A stretch of 64,000 bases of DNA, taken from the NCBI GenBank assembly GCA_965153455.1, contig OZ234494.1:3224001-3288000 (forward strand), in the 5' to 3' direction. Made by a program: the position numbers and the translations under genes. Positions 25,936 to 38,200 of this stretch are shown in pieces. Source of the stretch: Sphagnum compactum. Lineage: Eukaryota. How positions within the stretch are numbered: the stretch's first letter is position 1; the number at the start of each line of letters is the position of its first letter. Under the pieces are notes generated by a model. It made no database searches. It saw nothing but the letters and a program-made list of their open reading frames with translations, and was not told the origin of the DNA.

Positions 25936-27951
25936 ATGCTGACTTTGGAGTGTGGAATTGCTGGTGGAATTGGGGCTGCTGGGGGAGCAGAGTTGGGGGT
26001 AATGAATGGAGGAGGACTTAAACTCCTGCAGCGGCAAGGTGGCTTGCATGCTGCTGCAGGTGGTGCAAGGAGAGTGAAGAGCAGCAGCAGCTTGTGGGCT
26101 GCTGCACGACCGTCACAATCTGTGGTTGATCTCAATTGTAAGAGATGTGAGTCAAATGATCGTCGTGGTGCTGCACAAAGCATCAAGTCCAGCAGGCATC
26201 ATCGCAACTTGCATGGTGCATTGAGCAGCTCCAGAGGCAATGATGTATTCACTGCGGATTCTTGCGTGCATGAATCCTCCTCTTCTCAAGTGCAGCCTCT
26301 GACTGCCATAATCACACCAGTGATTAGGGAGGTGGAGTCTGGGTTTCCAGAGCTTGGACTCTCTGCACCACCATCACCACCGGCAGCAGCAGCTCCTGAG
26401 CAGCACAAATTGAACATGTTTCAGCAAATTGCAGCATCAGTGTTGGATATGTTGGAGAAAGCAGTGGTTACTGGCTTGGAGAGCAAGTTTCCATTGCCAG
26501 CAACTGCAGACCCATCTGTGCAGCTGGAAGGAAATTATGCACCAGTGGAGGAGAGAAGCGTGATGAATGAGCTTGAGGTGACAGGAAAGCTGCCAAGTTT
26601 CCTAGAGGGCATCTATGTGCGCAATGGTGCCAATCCCCAGTTTGAGCCTGCTGGTGGCCACCATCTGTTTGATGGTGATGGTATGCTGCATGCTGTGCAA
26701 TTCAAGCAGGGCATTGTCAGCTATGCATGCAGGTTCACTCACACGCAGCGCTTCATCCAGGAGCAAAAGGCTGGCTGCGCCATCTTCCCCAAAGCAATTG
26801 GTGAGCTTCATGGTCATGGTGGAGTAGCACGGTTGCTTTTGTATGCAGCTCGCTCCATCTGCGGGCTTGTGGATGGGACACAAGGGATGGGTGTTGCCAA
26901 TGCAGGCCTGGTGTTCCACAATGGCCGCTTGCTTGCCATGTCTGAGGATGACTTGCCATACCATGTGAGAATCTTGGAAGATGGCGACCTGGAGACTGTC
27001 GGGCGCTATGACTGCAATGGGCAGCTCTCATCCACCATGATTGCCCATCCAAAGGTTGATCCAGTTTCTGGCGAGCTTTTTGCTCTTAGTTACAACATTA
27101 TAACAGCTCCATTTCTCAAGTACTTCTACATTTCGCCTGATGGCATCAGAGGGCCGGAAGTGTCCATCACACTTCCAGAGCCAACCATGATGCACGACTT
27201 TGCCATCACTGAGAATTTTGTGGTCATTCCTGACCAACAAATGGTGTTCCGCCTCAAAGAGATGTTCTCTGGTGGTTCCCCAGTTGTTCATAATAGTGAG
27301 AAGAGTGCTCGGTTTGGCATTCTGCCCAAGTATGATGAGACTGAAGCTCGGCTGCAATGGATAGATGTCCCAGATTGTTTCTGTTTCCATCTCTGGAATG
27401 CTTGGGAGGAAGGGGATGAGGTTGTGGTCATTGGCTCATGCATGACACCTCCTGACAGCATCTTCAATGAGTCTGACGAAGCCCTCAAGAGCACCTTGTC
27501 AGAGATTCGTCTCAACAGAAGCACAGGAGTTTCTACCAGACGGGAGCTTGCTAGCTTGAACTTGGAAGCAGGCCAGATGAACCGCAACTTCCTGGGGCGC
27601 AAGAGCAGGTACTTGTACCTTGCAATTGCTGAGCCGTGGCCCAAAGTGTCAGGCATTGCAAAGGTGGATTTAGTCACTGGGGAGGTGAAGAAGTACATTT
27701 ATGGACCCAACTGCTATGGAGGTGAGCCTACTTTTGTGCCTCGTTCATCTGACCCGTTGGCGGCAGAGGATGATGGCTGTATACTTGCATTCATGCACAA
27801 TGAAAGCACAGGTCAATCTGAGCTTCTGGTGGTGGATGCAGCCTCTCCCTCATTACAGTTGGAAGCGTCTGTGAAGCTGCCCTCCAGAGTACCTTATGGC
27901 TTCCATGGTACGTATGTGACTGCAAAAGAATTGTCCAAACAGAAATTGTAG
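25936..27951 (+). CDS. NCED: 9-cis-epoxycarotenoid dioxygenase (ABA biosynthesis), intronless, 671 aa, putative plastid transit peptide
   Basis: Single long ORF with carotenoid-oxygenase motifs [47 protein letters not shown] and RVPYGFHG (four Fe-ligating His). [11 protein letters not shown] and AEPWPKVSG are NCED-type rather than CCD4-type. First ATG at 25936, alternative at 26002. Confidence 0.95.
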   Translation: MLTLECGIAGGIGAAGGAELGVMNGGGLKLLQRQGGLHAAAGGARRVKSSSSLWAAARPSQSVVDLNCKRCESNDRRGAAQSIKSSRHHRNLHGALSSSRGNDVFTADSCVHESSSSQVQPLTAIITPVIREVESGFPELGLSAPPSPPAAAAPEQHKLNMFQQIAASVLDMLEKAVVTGLESKFPLPATADPSVQLEGNYAPVEERSVMNELEVTGKLPSFLEGIYVRNGANPQFEPAGGHHLFDGDGMLHAVQFKQGIVSYACRFTHTQRFIQEQKAGCAIFPKAIGELHGHGGVARLLLYAARSICGLVDGTQGMGVANAGLVFHNGRLLAMSEDDLPYHVRILEDGDLETVGRYDCNGQLSSTMIAHPKVDPVSGELFALSYNIITAPFLKYFYISPDGIRGPEVSITLPEPTMMHDFAITENFVVIPDQQMVFRLKEMFSGGSPVVHNSEKSARFGILPKYDETEARLQWIDVPDCFCFHLWNAWEEGDEVVVIGSCMTPPDSIFNESDEALKSTLSEIRLNRSTGVSTRRELASLNLEAGQMNRNFLGRKSRYLYLAIAEPWPKVSGIAKVDLVTGEVKKYIYGPNCYGGEPTFVPRSSDPLAAEDDGCILAFMHNESTGQSELLVVDAASPSLQLEASVKLPSRVPYGFHGTYVTAKELSKQKL

Positions 27952-30900
27952 TAGCACATTCTACACATCAACACTAAAGATTCATATGAAAATGGGATGC
28001 ATCACACTTGTTTTGGTGCAATCCCAAGGCAAGGCTGATTGCACCACCCCCACCCCCCATACCCCTTAGCCTCAACCATTTGGACCATACCACTAAATCA
28101 TTAGATAGTTGCAACCTTTAGAATTGTAAAAAAGAATGTCCTTTTGATCTCTGAAGTTGGAGCCATTTTCTTCCCCAACTTTCCCAAGGTGAGCTAAACC
28201 CCAGCTCACCAACATTTTTTCAGACTTGGGTTTCTTTGAAACCAAAGCTCTGATATGAATTCCTCACTTGTGATGATCATGTCGTGTTTTTCCTCGTACA
28301 TGCCAAAGTGAAAACTGGCCTGTATGAGCTTGGCTTGTTTATACAAGCTAATTACACACGCACACAGATTAGTTGCAAGTTGTATACACCAATGTGGGTG
28401 CCCTTAGTGAGGCACCATCCTTTTTTTAGCTAGCTCATCATAGATCAGGTTTTTTCTGGTGTGATTGCAAAGGGCAATGCCTCTTGCATTCCATTGGGTG
28501 GGTCATGGATATGACTCTATTTTACCTGATTAGATTAGTGCCAATTATTTATTAGTGTCAAGTTTAATGCAGCAGCTCCACATTCACTGCTCTGTTTTTT
28601 GGGCTGGCATAGCCGCCCCTAATTTTCTTGTACACTCTTTTTTTAATCCAGCGATGGATTATCACTAATGTTTTTTCACCTCTCGGACATATTGCTCTGA
28701 TTGGTTCAACAACCTCAAAACTTGCCCGCAACTCTAAGGATTGATGCTCTTGATATGAGATGCTGTTTTTCAACATACCATTATGTGAACATTCTTTTTG
28801 GTGTATGGGAGTTATAACTTATGACATTGTATTATCCTTCCCTGTGTATTTGAGTTTCAACAGAACACATTTTGAGCTCTTTTTTGGCTTTCTAGTTTTG
28901 TTCTGAAGAAAAGTGCATACCTCAAAGTCAGATGTAGTGAGGTTACCTGAAAGTATAACTGTCAAGCCTACACCTCATTTTGTTTTTCCGCATTTTAGAA
29001 TTCCTTGAAACAACCAATTGTCATGCGAGGGCGCACATGCATATAATTGCCAGACTTTGGGGGAAAACAAGTTCTTGTCAGGAAATGTTATACATGTTCA
29101 GTTGAGTTTCTTTTGCTCATGAGAGAGATTTGGAGAGAAAAATGAATGCAGCCATTTGACAGTTTCAACTACCGAAGCATTTCTCTTTTCAACCCCTTCT
29201 GATGCTCAATTTTCAAATTTTCATTCGCAAGGATGTAAGTAGTCAGTTGCTGATTTACATGCAGAGTAAACTTCTTTTTGAAAAAATGGGGGAGAAATCT
29301 TGTTCTATCACATTATAGGATAGATAAATGTTAGTTATTGGATACCTACTTTGCCATGGTGGACTAGCCTAGCAAGAATTTCGCTTCCTTGTATATATAT
29401 ATATATATGAAGTCAAACATGGATAACAACTCAACCTCCACATGTCAAATTTGTTACATTTTTGTATTGGGTACTTTATATTAAAAAAAACTCAAACAAC
29501 TCTGGATATGTAATTCAACGTACATATAACTCACCACGTGTAAATTGCACTAGCATGCGCAAACTTCACAACCATACACTACTTGGCACTTGGAAGCTCG
29601 GTTGTGGGTGCACTTGTAGGTATTTCTTTTCACACTTTTGTAGGTTTCAATATGCAGAGACTTATGAAAGCTGATGGAAAAAAAAAAAAACAGGTTTAAA
29701 GATCCTTGCAACCAGGAGGAGGGCAGCTTAAATTTCTCTTTTGAAGCTAGTTTGTTGTGTTTGATATTTGCGTCCCCCTTCCCCCAAAACTCAAGTGAAC
29801 ATGGATATTGTTATGTAGGGTGTGCACTTGACATATGTGCTTCATGTAGGCATATGGAAACACAAAACAACTTAAAGATCATCTCGGCGATTGTTGCACT
29901 AATTAACTTGCTACCCTGCAAATGGTGACAAATGTAAAAGTTGTAAACAATGTAAGGAAAGTCATAAGTCATGTCCATAGGACTTGTCTAATCATTTTTC
30001 GATTTGCCATCATATTGAGAATGCAACATTTGACACCAAGCAAGATCGTAAAGTTAACACATAATCGATAATAAGATGCATAAGTCATTGAGAGTCAAAA
30101 GTTACCTCCATTGGCTAATTATGAGAAGACTTCATTTATTCTTATGTTGGATTCAAAGTTCCACATTTCCCTTTGGCCCTTTCCAAATTTTAGACAAAGC
30201 ATGTAGGTATTTGTCACAAGAAAATGGCAACCAAGCTAGGGACTATGACATTAATATTTGAGTTACGAATTTCATTAACTACACAATAAATATTTAGCTC
30301 CAAAAGTGGCAATGTTAATTGGTTTGTGTTTACAACTATGTGACAAGAATCCAACCATTTCTTTTGTGCTCATGTGGCTATGTTTTTCTTCATGCTCAAG
30401 CTAATGTTGCCACTCGATGTAGCACAATGTACCATAGGTGGTCACAAATTTGTCTTTATGTGAAAGCTTTTTGAGCTATTGAATTCAATTTAATATACAA
30501 AATGTGGTGAGAAATTTTGTTCAAAATTGTGACAAATAATTCACATGTTTCTTCAAAAAACCTTTGTTGCATCTTACATTGCATGAGATGTTTTGAAATT
30601 ACAAAATATATTTATGTATTCATCTCGACATTCACATCATCATTTACAATCAATGTCCATCATCAAATAAAGAACAAATATCTTTCTAGGTATTAAAAAA
30701 AATTCATTATTTTGAATACAAGTTTAGTTGTAAAAATTGAAAGAATATCCATTAATGTGACTAACATGGTATTTCAAATCTATGTACATGTAGATAGCAA
30801 ACAATTATGAAATAAAGAACTTATGTTATTTTCTATATGATTCTTCTTTGTGTGGCAGGATAAGAAGCAAAAAGGAGGAAAAGGCCAAATTGAGCCAAAA

Positions 30901-32419
30901 TCTTTGAGCTACCCATTCAATCCAAATTCACATAGACTAAGACCATGGAAGGTTCATACCCCTAAAAAAAAAAGCATATGCAAGATTAACATTTACAAAT
31001 CAAATAAGAAAAAAAACAACATATGATTTTTGGATAATGATGTACTTGGTTGTAGTTGACATACATATCATGTTTGATGTGAAACATCTCAAAATGTATT
31101 TTCACCACAATGTTATATTTCAAAATCATTCCATTTGACCCAAAATTTGGCATTTGAGCATGGTTCTACCATTTGTGATGCATGTATATACACATGGCTC
31201 GAGCTCAATCAATTTTTTCCAAATTTCTCAAGATCAACATATTTTATGCACATTGTTTGAACATCCATGTTTGATAGATTAGATTCAATTACATGTTATT
31301 CACACCATATTGTATTCAATAAGGGAGGAAAACACAAGTGGCACTAGTATTAAAGGATTTTATGCACATGAACAAGGAAAGAAACATAAAAAGGTATAAT
31401 CACAATACGGGTGCAATATTAGGAACTATGAACAAGTGAAGACCCAATCAGGAAATTTAATTTCTTGCTACACAAGAAACCAAATATTACATACTTATTT
31501 CGAAGATGAAAGTTTTCGCACATGTCCGATGAAGATGAATTTTGCATTCAATACCTCCACACTGCCGCATGAAAAATGAGCGTTAGTTACATGTCTAGTT
31601 TTGTTTTGCATTGTTATTGTATCACTTTTGACCTTGTGTATAGTTTCCAAGTTTCCTTCGCAAATTTTTATGCACCATGTTTGTTTCCAAATTTCCTTCC
31701 AAACGTTTTTACTATCATATTTGTGCAAATGTTTGAAGCAACTTCCCTCATGAAACTTTCCCGCACAATGAAATCTAACAACTTTGCCATCTAAATGATA
31801 AAATCATGGAAATTCCATGTTTTTATCAATCATGCCCTTTGTCTTGTACGTGGAAGCTTTCATGTGTTGGTCAGGCATCTTGGAGGCCTTGGATCTTACA
31901 CATTTGCACACCACAAAATTAGTGCAAGCTTTTTGGTGCGTGGTATCACTACTATACTTTCTTTGCAAAAATTATGTGAAAAAACATTAAAATTATGTTG
32001 TTACTCAATATGTGCTTTAAAACTTAATGTTGAATTTTACTAGCTTGTAAGTCTAACATTGTTTCAGTAGGGTTTTTATTGGTGGCATGGGTTTGGACAT
32101 GAATGGGGGGTATGTGACCAATTTGATGTTAAATGGTTTGTAGCAAACCAAGGCCTACAAATTATAGGAAGAGATGTGTTGTTGATCACAAGTGTCGATG
32201 TCAGCATTGAAGATATTAATGAGTTTTTTGGGCCCAAGATGAACAAGAATGGGTGGAAAGATGACAATCAACATGATGAGGGGGTAGCGAAGAAAATCGT
32301 CAAGATCTATTGCAAGCTCATTGGGAAGTTGAAGGTTATGAACAAATAACTATTAATGACATTTGCCATAACAATTGCAGTAGAAGCAAAGGGCATGCCC
32401 ATGAATTGGGCAAATAAAC

Positions 32420-33780
32420 TAGTAATTGATTGACTATTCAATGTATTTAACTATTAAATAATAATAAATACTGAATATTTGATATTAACTTTTAGTTGAG
32501 AAACATCATAAAACTTTAAATTTTAATTATTCATTAATATTAAATAAATAATTTACCTCATGAATAATTAATTAATTAATATTTAATACTTATCTAACTA
32601 TTAGTTTGTTTAATATTAATTAACCATAGATCTTTGATTAGTAAATTTGAAGTATTAATACTTTAATTAATTAAAGTATTAATTAAATTTCATAAATTTT
32701 AAACCGGTTAATAATTATTAATTCTAAACTTATGAACTAAATAGGAATTCAGTTTAATTAATCATTAATAATAACTAGATAATTAAATTTGTGAAATTTT
32801 CATTAATATTTTTAGAAGCTACATAACTATTAATTAACCAATAATTATTATTTATTTACCGTAATTCATGATGTAAAGTAAATACGAATTATCATATAAT
32901 TAATTGAATATTAATTAAATTATTAGTTGATCTTCGAATGAATTTTTAATAAATTCTAAATTGATTATTAACCATTAATTATTGATTCTAAACTTGTGAA
33001 CTAAATAATGAATCAATTTAATGAATCATTAATAATAACTAGATAATTGAATTTGTGGAATTTTAATTAATATATTTATAAGCTACATAACTATTAATTA
33101 ATTAATAGTTTTTTAATTTATCGTAATTTTTATTAGATTATTAAATGGAAATTATTTAATTTTTAATAAACTTATTAATTAATTAATTATAGTTTGTAGC
33201 TTGTTCAATAGTTTGAATTGAAAAATTTACCAAATAAATCAGTAAATATTGAACAATATATATTAAAATATTTATTTGGTTAAATAATCAGATTATATTA
33301 CTAATTATATATTTTAAATTTTATTGATTATTCAGTATTAAATTATTAAATAAATATTAAATATAAATGATTAAATCATCAAAATTAAAAAAATCAGTTT
33401 TAATCAATTAATTGTTATTCTATAGTTTGCATTATTTAATCAAATTTTTGATAATACTATTTTATGAATAATGAATAATGGTTTAACATTAAAATTATTT
33501 GGTTTTAATTTGACCTGGCCACTGTGATTTAATTATACATTAAAATAAACATGGTATATTTGTAAACAAACCATAATATAAAATAAAGATGAAATTGTTT
33601 ATTTTAACATGTTCATAAAATGCATTGAATATATTTAAATATGTTAAATAAGTTTTAATGTATGCTTCATGTACCTTGACTACATGTTAAATGTACTCTT
33701 AATGTAATCCAAAACATTTTAAAATACATAAAATGTAAAGGCATATCATAAAATTATTATTTTTGATAATAATTTTAAAA
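32420..33780. repeat. Extremely AT-rich tract with an internal ~150-bp direct repeat
   Basis: Almost all A/T. AATTATT-ATTCTAAACTT-TGAACTAAATA...AATCATTAATAATAACTAGATAATT...AAGCTACATAACTATTAATTAA occurs at ~32713-32866 and ~32977-33128. Confidence 0.8.
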
Positions 33781-34526
33781 ATAAATTACAAATAATTTGA
33801 CCAGTCAAATGGTCCATTATTCATTAGTCAAAATGACTAGTCAAATGGTCTTTATTCTGCTAGTAAAAAAACCACCCCAATCACAGTGGACATGTTAAAA
33901 TCGACTTCTCCAAAATGATAAAGGATTTTTTTTTTACTCCTGTCCAAATTTGAATGTTTTACCAAAATTTCTAGTTTGAAAAATCAAAAATTCTAATAGT
34001 GAGAGAATACATCAAAGTGGCACAAATTCTTAAGACTTTCAAATGGAGATTTTGAAATTGCCAAATTATGAATCCCATTATTTTGTGCATTCATAATTCT
34101 TTCATATGGATTCCAATTCAAAAGCCTTTCAACAATATATAAAACTCCCAAATCAAGATGATATGGCTCTTATAGGCATCAGACGTTTTAATGGTTAAGA
34201 GATGAATTTATTGGTTTGAGTAATGACCATTCAATTAATCATAAATTGTGTTTCGAATCTCCAAATTCATGGGAATTTGACCCCCACTTTAAATATCTAC
34301 TTTTCAAAACATATTCGATGATAAAAAAATGGCCCAATTTGGACAAGGTTTCATGTTTCAAACCCTTTTTCCAAAATTGTAAAACATTTTGAGATTCCAA
34401 TTTTTTCAAGAGTGAGAATGCAATTTAAGAGTCTTCATTCTTACACATTTTCTGAGTGTGTTTGGGTGCACCTCCTTTGTTTGAACTTATTTTGGTTTTA
34501 TTTCCTCTTTTGGTTGTCGCAACCAT

Positions 34527-34653
34527 CACTAAAAGAAAAATCCCATTTTTCGACTTGTCTTAGGCGACTAAAAGCGTCTTTTACGACTAATAGTCGCAAA
34601 AGACGCTTTTAGTCGCCTAAGACAAGTCGAAAAATGGAGTTTTTCTTCTAGTG
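34527..34653. mobile_element. 127-bp CACTA-type foldback MITE
   Basis: Termini CACTAAAAGAAAAA / TTTTTCTTCTAGTG, with a 3-bp TSD CAT at 34524-34526 and 34654-34656. The whole element is a near-perfect palindrome. Confidence 0.9.
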
Positions 34654-35248
34654 CATGGTTGTGAACTTCAAGTTAGAATCGTAAGATTGATTGGAACATC
34701 ACCCATCATAATTAAAGGAGACCTAAATACATAAAAATGTGTGGACAAAAAGGATAAATTGAGAGAGATGTCACCTCTTGCAACATGAAATTCTTAAAAG
34801 CATGACTCTTTTAAACATTGAATTAAAAGCATTCACCAAATGTACTTAGAGGACAATGCAATTAAGATATAAATAAAAGACGCATCTCTTTGTCATGGTT
34901 CATTATTATTTCACACATGGACCAAGAAGCCTTTCCTTTTATGGTATAATAATAATTTAGCAAGTTTAAGGTACATTTTAATCAAGTATAATAAGGTCAA
35001 AGTTTTCTCTTTTTTTTTCAATTTTGTGATGTAGCCAAATTGGCAATCATCCCACAAGAAGGTTTAGCCAATTGTTTTTTGAAAAAATCATTTAGATTTT
35101 GCTTACATGTGCATATTATTTGTGGGTATGCATGGATGAATGAAATAAGTAAGTAAAGGATGTGTGTGTTTATCGTAGGTTTGTGTGCGCGCGCTCGTGT
35201 GTTTCTTTCTTCCCTTTTGGTCGTCGTTTTGGTCTGTGGGATGCGGCG

Positions 35249-38200
35249 ATGGTGATGGCGATGGCGGCAACCGCCGCTGCACGAGAAGCGGAAGGGAAGA
35301 AGGAGGATCGTGCAGCGCAAGTAGCGTCGCATCAGACACGGTTCCAGAAGATAGTACTGAGCTGGGACTATCCGCGTCTTCTTGCTCGCTCGAAGGTGAG
35401 ATCAGTGATTTATTGTGGAGAATTTGCCCTCTTCTTCATAAAAGGAGTTGTTGGGAGGGGATCATCGAGGTCTCTTTTTGTGTGGGAGGAGGAAATTTTT
35501 GTTGGTTTGCCCACACCCATTTGATTTGTTGCTGGCTGCTTCTTTGAATCTGGAGCAGATAAATCACAAGAAGCAGAAGGGAGCAGACCAATATAAGCTT
35601 CATAAAGTGCCGGACTCATTTGCTGATCTAAATGAGTACTTGAAGGTTTTCGAGTCACTTCTCCTTGAAGAATGCCGAGCACAAATTCTGCGAGGAGATG
35701 ATGATGGTTTGTACCTTTCCATTCTTCGTGGCGCCTAGGTCGTTTTGAGCACTGTAACATCATCATATCTCCTTGTTTCATGGTCCCCATAGTTTCAGGG
35801 CATTAGGGTTTAGGGTTTTGCTCTAGCATCATCATATCTCCTTGTTTCATGGTCTCCATAGTTCCAGGGCATTAGGGTTTAGGGTTTTGCTTTAACATCA
35901 TCATATCTCCTTGTTTCATGGTCTCCATAGTTTCAGGGCATCTGGGTTTAGGGTTTTGCTCTAACATCATCATATCTCCTTGTTTCGTGGTCTACATCGT
36001 TTTAGGGCGTTATGGTGTAGGGTTTTGGTCTAACATCATCATATCTCCTTGTTTCATGGTTTCCCTAGTTTTTGGGCATTATGGTTTAGAGTTTTGTTCT
36101 CTGAGGGAGAGGAGTGCTGAACCAACTCTGCAAGCATCTCCTCTTGAAAGATTTTTTTTAGGTCAGCTGAAATTCTGTGATGCAGGTGAGACGCATTGTC
36201 ATATGGTGGCAGTCACACACTGGGAGAGAGTCAATGAGTTCTACTTTGCACGCCTTGCCATTGATACTCAAGCATCCCAAGAATTCACTGAGAATGATCT
36301 TGTCCTGCTCAGCAAAGAGAAGGTAATGAATTTGGTTTCTTCTGCAAGTGACACAGTAACTGTATATGTATGACTTGCTGCCTTTCCTATGAGGTTTGCT
36401 GTTGAATGCATATATCTGAGCTCTGCTCCGGAAGAGAGGACTAAACTATAATCACAACATAACCCTAAGAAGTTGAATTTCACATATTGACATATTGCAA
36501 CCTCTGGAGACAGCCTGTTTGTCAGATGAGAGTTTACCATAACCTTATGAACCTGTACCTGCTTTGAGATAGTGGGCTTAGGTAGGGGAATATCTTGAAA
36601 TGGGTGTGAATGGCATTCTGATCTGGAATCCAATTCCTAGAGTGGCATGCTTTGAGCTCTTACATTTTACCTTTTCAGATGTATAAGTTTTCACATGAAA
36701 CCCTGCTCACATGGCTAAATCTGAGACTTGTCTCATGAGGTTTATCTAAACCCTTGAATCTGAAATGAGAAGTGAACACATCCTTTACATGAGTGTTTAA
36801 GTAGAAGTCCCAAGTATCTTGGTTAATGGCTTGAAAGAAGCCCAACATGGAGACCTTCTTTCAAGACATCAGCTTTGCTTGGTTTTAGCAATATTTCTGT
36901 TGCCATAATTTAGACAGGACCCAGTAGTTTACAATGTGGACATCACAGAACTGTTTATCAAATTTGTCAAACTAGGTATAGGTTTCATGTAATTTGCTGG
37001 TGATACTGATGTTATTGGATTAGGAAAGACTTTGAATGAAAAACTCATCCTGGCCTCTCATGGACATGTATAGCAATGAATCTGACATCATATTTGCATC
37101 TGTGTTTCTTGGGTGGATTCTGCAATGGAATCAGAAGGTCTTCAAAAATTGAGAATCTGGTTTCTACCCTTGCTTGGTGGTTGACATGTTCTGGAGCTCT
37201 TGTATCAAGAAAAGCCTGAATTGCCTTGTGATGCAATGAACTGGTTATGAGGCAGTGTCAGCTGTATTTTAGGGTGACGGGCTGCAGATAACCTAATAAT
37301 TTCAATTCTGCAGTGGGTAGTTTTTGCAGTGTTGCAAATATGTGGTTCTGACTGTTGGTTAATGCAGGTTTTGGAAGGAGCTTTGCCGAGCACATATGCA
37401 TTTGCAAGCGTGGAATCCTGTGAAGGTCAAAAAACTCTGCGGGTGCGTATGTATCTTGACAGGGAAGGTCACAAGGACGGCACATCTGCCAGAGGTTTCA
37501 AATCTGTGATGCAAGTTCTCACTGCTCTGCAAGGCCCCAGCTCAGTATGGTGGCTCCTGAAGGTAGCCACAGCAGTGATTTCTTCCTGAGCTGTTGTCTT
37601 GTTTGCCCAAAATTTTGGGCAGATTTTTATATACTTATCTACAGCCATGGTTGGCAGCTGATGAATGCAGTGTGAAGTTATGGCAGCAAGTTACCTTTTT
37701 CATGATGAAGGTGATGGTCTGATACTTAGTGAGTGACACTCATAAGTGTATGACCACACTCATTCTTGTCATGTTCATTTTAGTTTCGCTTTGACTGACA
37801 CAATGGTTACCTTTAAATTGTTAATGTGGGGTTTTCTCTGTAATCTTATAGATATGTTGTCTTGTGATTGACCCTAGTCTTTAGATGGTAGTAGTTGTGG
37901 GTAATGATGAAAGTGAAGAGATGTTCAGAGGTGTTATTTGAAATGATCCATTTGATAGCATAACTGGTAACTTACATGGATAAATTTAACAAACTTGCAA
38001 AGGTCTAGACTTTGTTGGGTGTCATGTGGAGGATTGGGATCATGATCAGAGGTGAAACTGCTGAATCAGCTGACTGGTGTCAGAACATGCCAACCTTACT
38101 AGATTTGTAGGATCAGTATGTCACTGTTTTCTCAAGATGATGTTGCTCTCCATGCCTCTTTAAAATCATAACTTTGAGCTCAAGCATGCTTTGTATCATA

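Noticed and set aside
26602..27698. Antisense ORFs inside NCED
   Set aside because: Expected shadow frames of a coding sequence; no independent evidence.
30400..31950. Possible CACTA transposase remnant on the minus strand
   Set aside because: Only vague resemblances (GLSL..GLNG, SIWP); too decayed to call without an HMM search.
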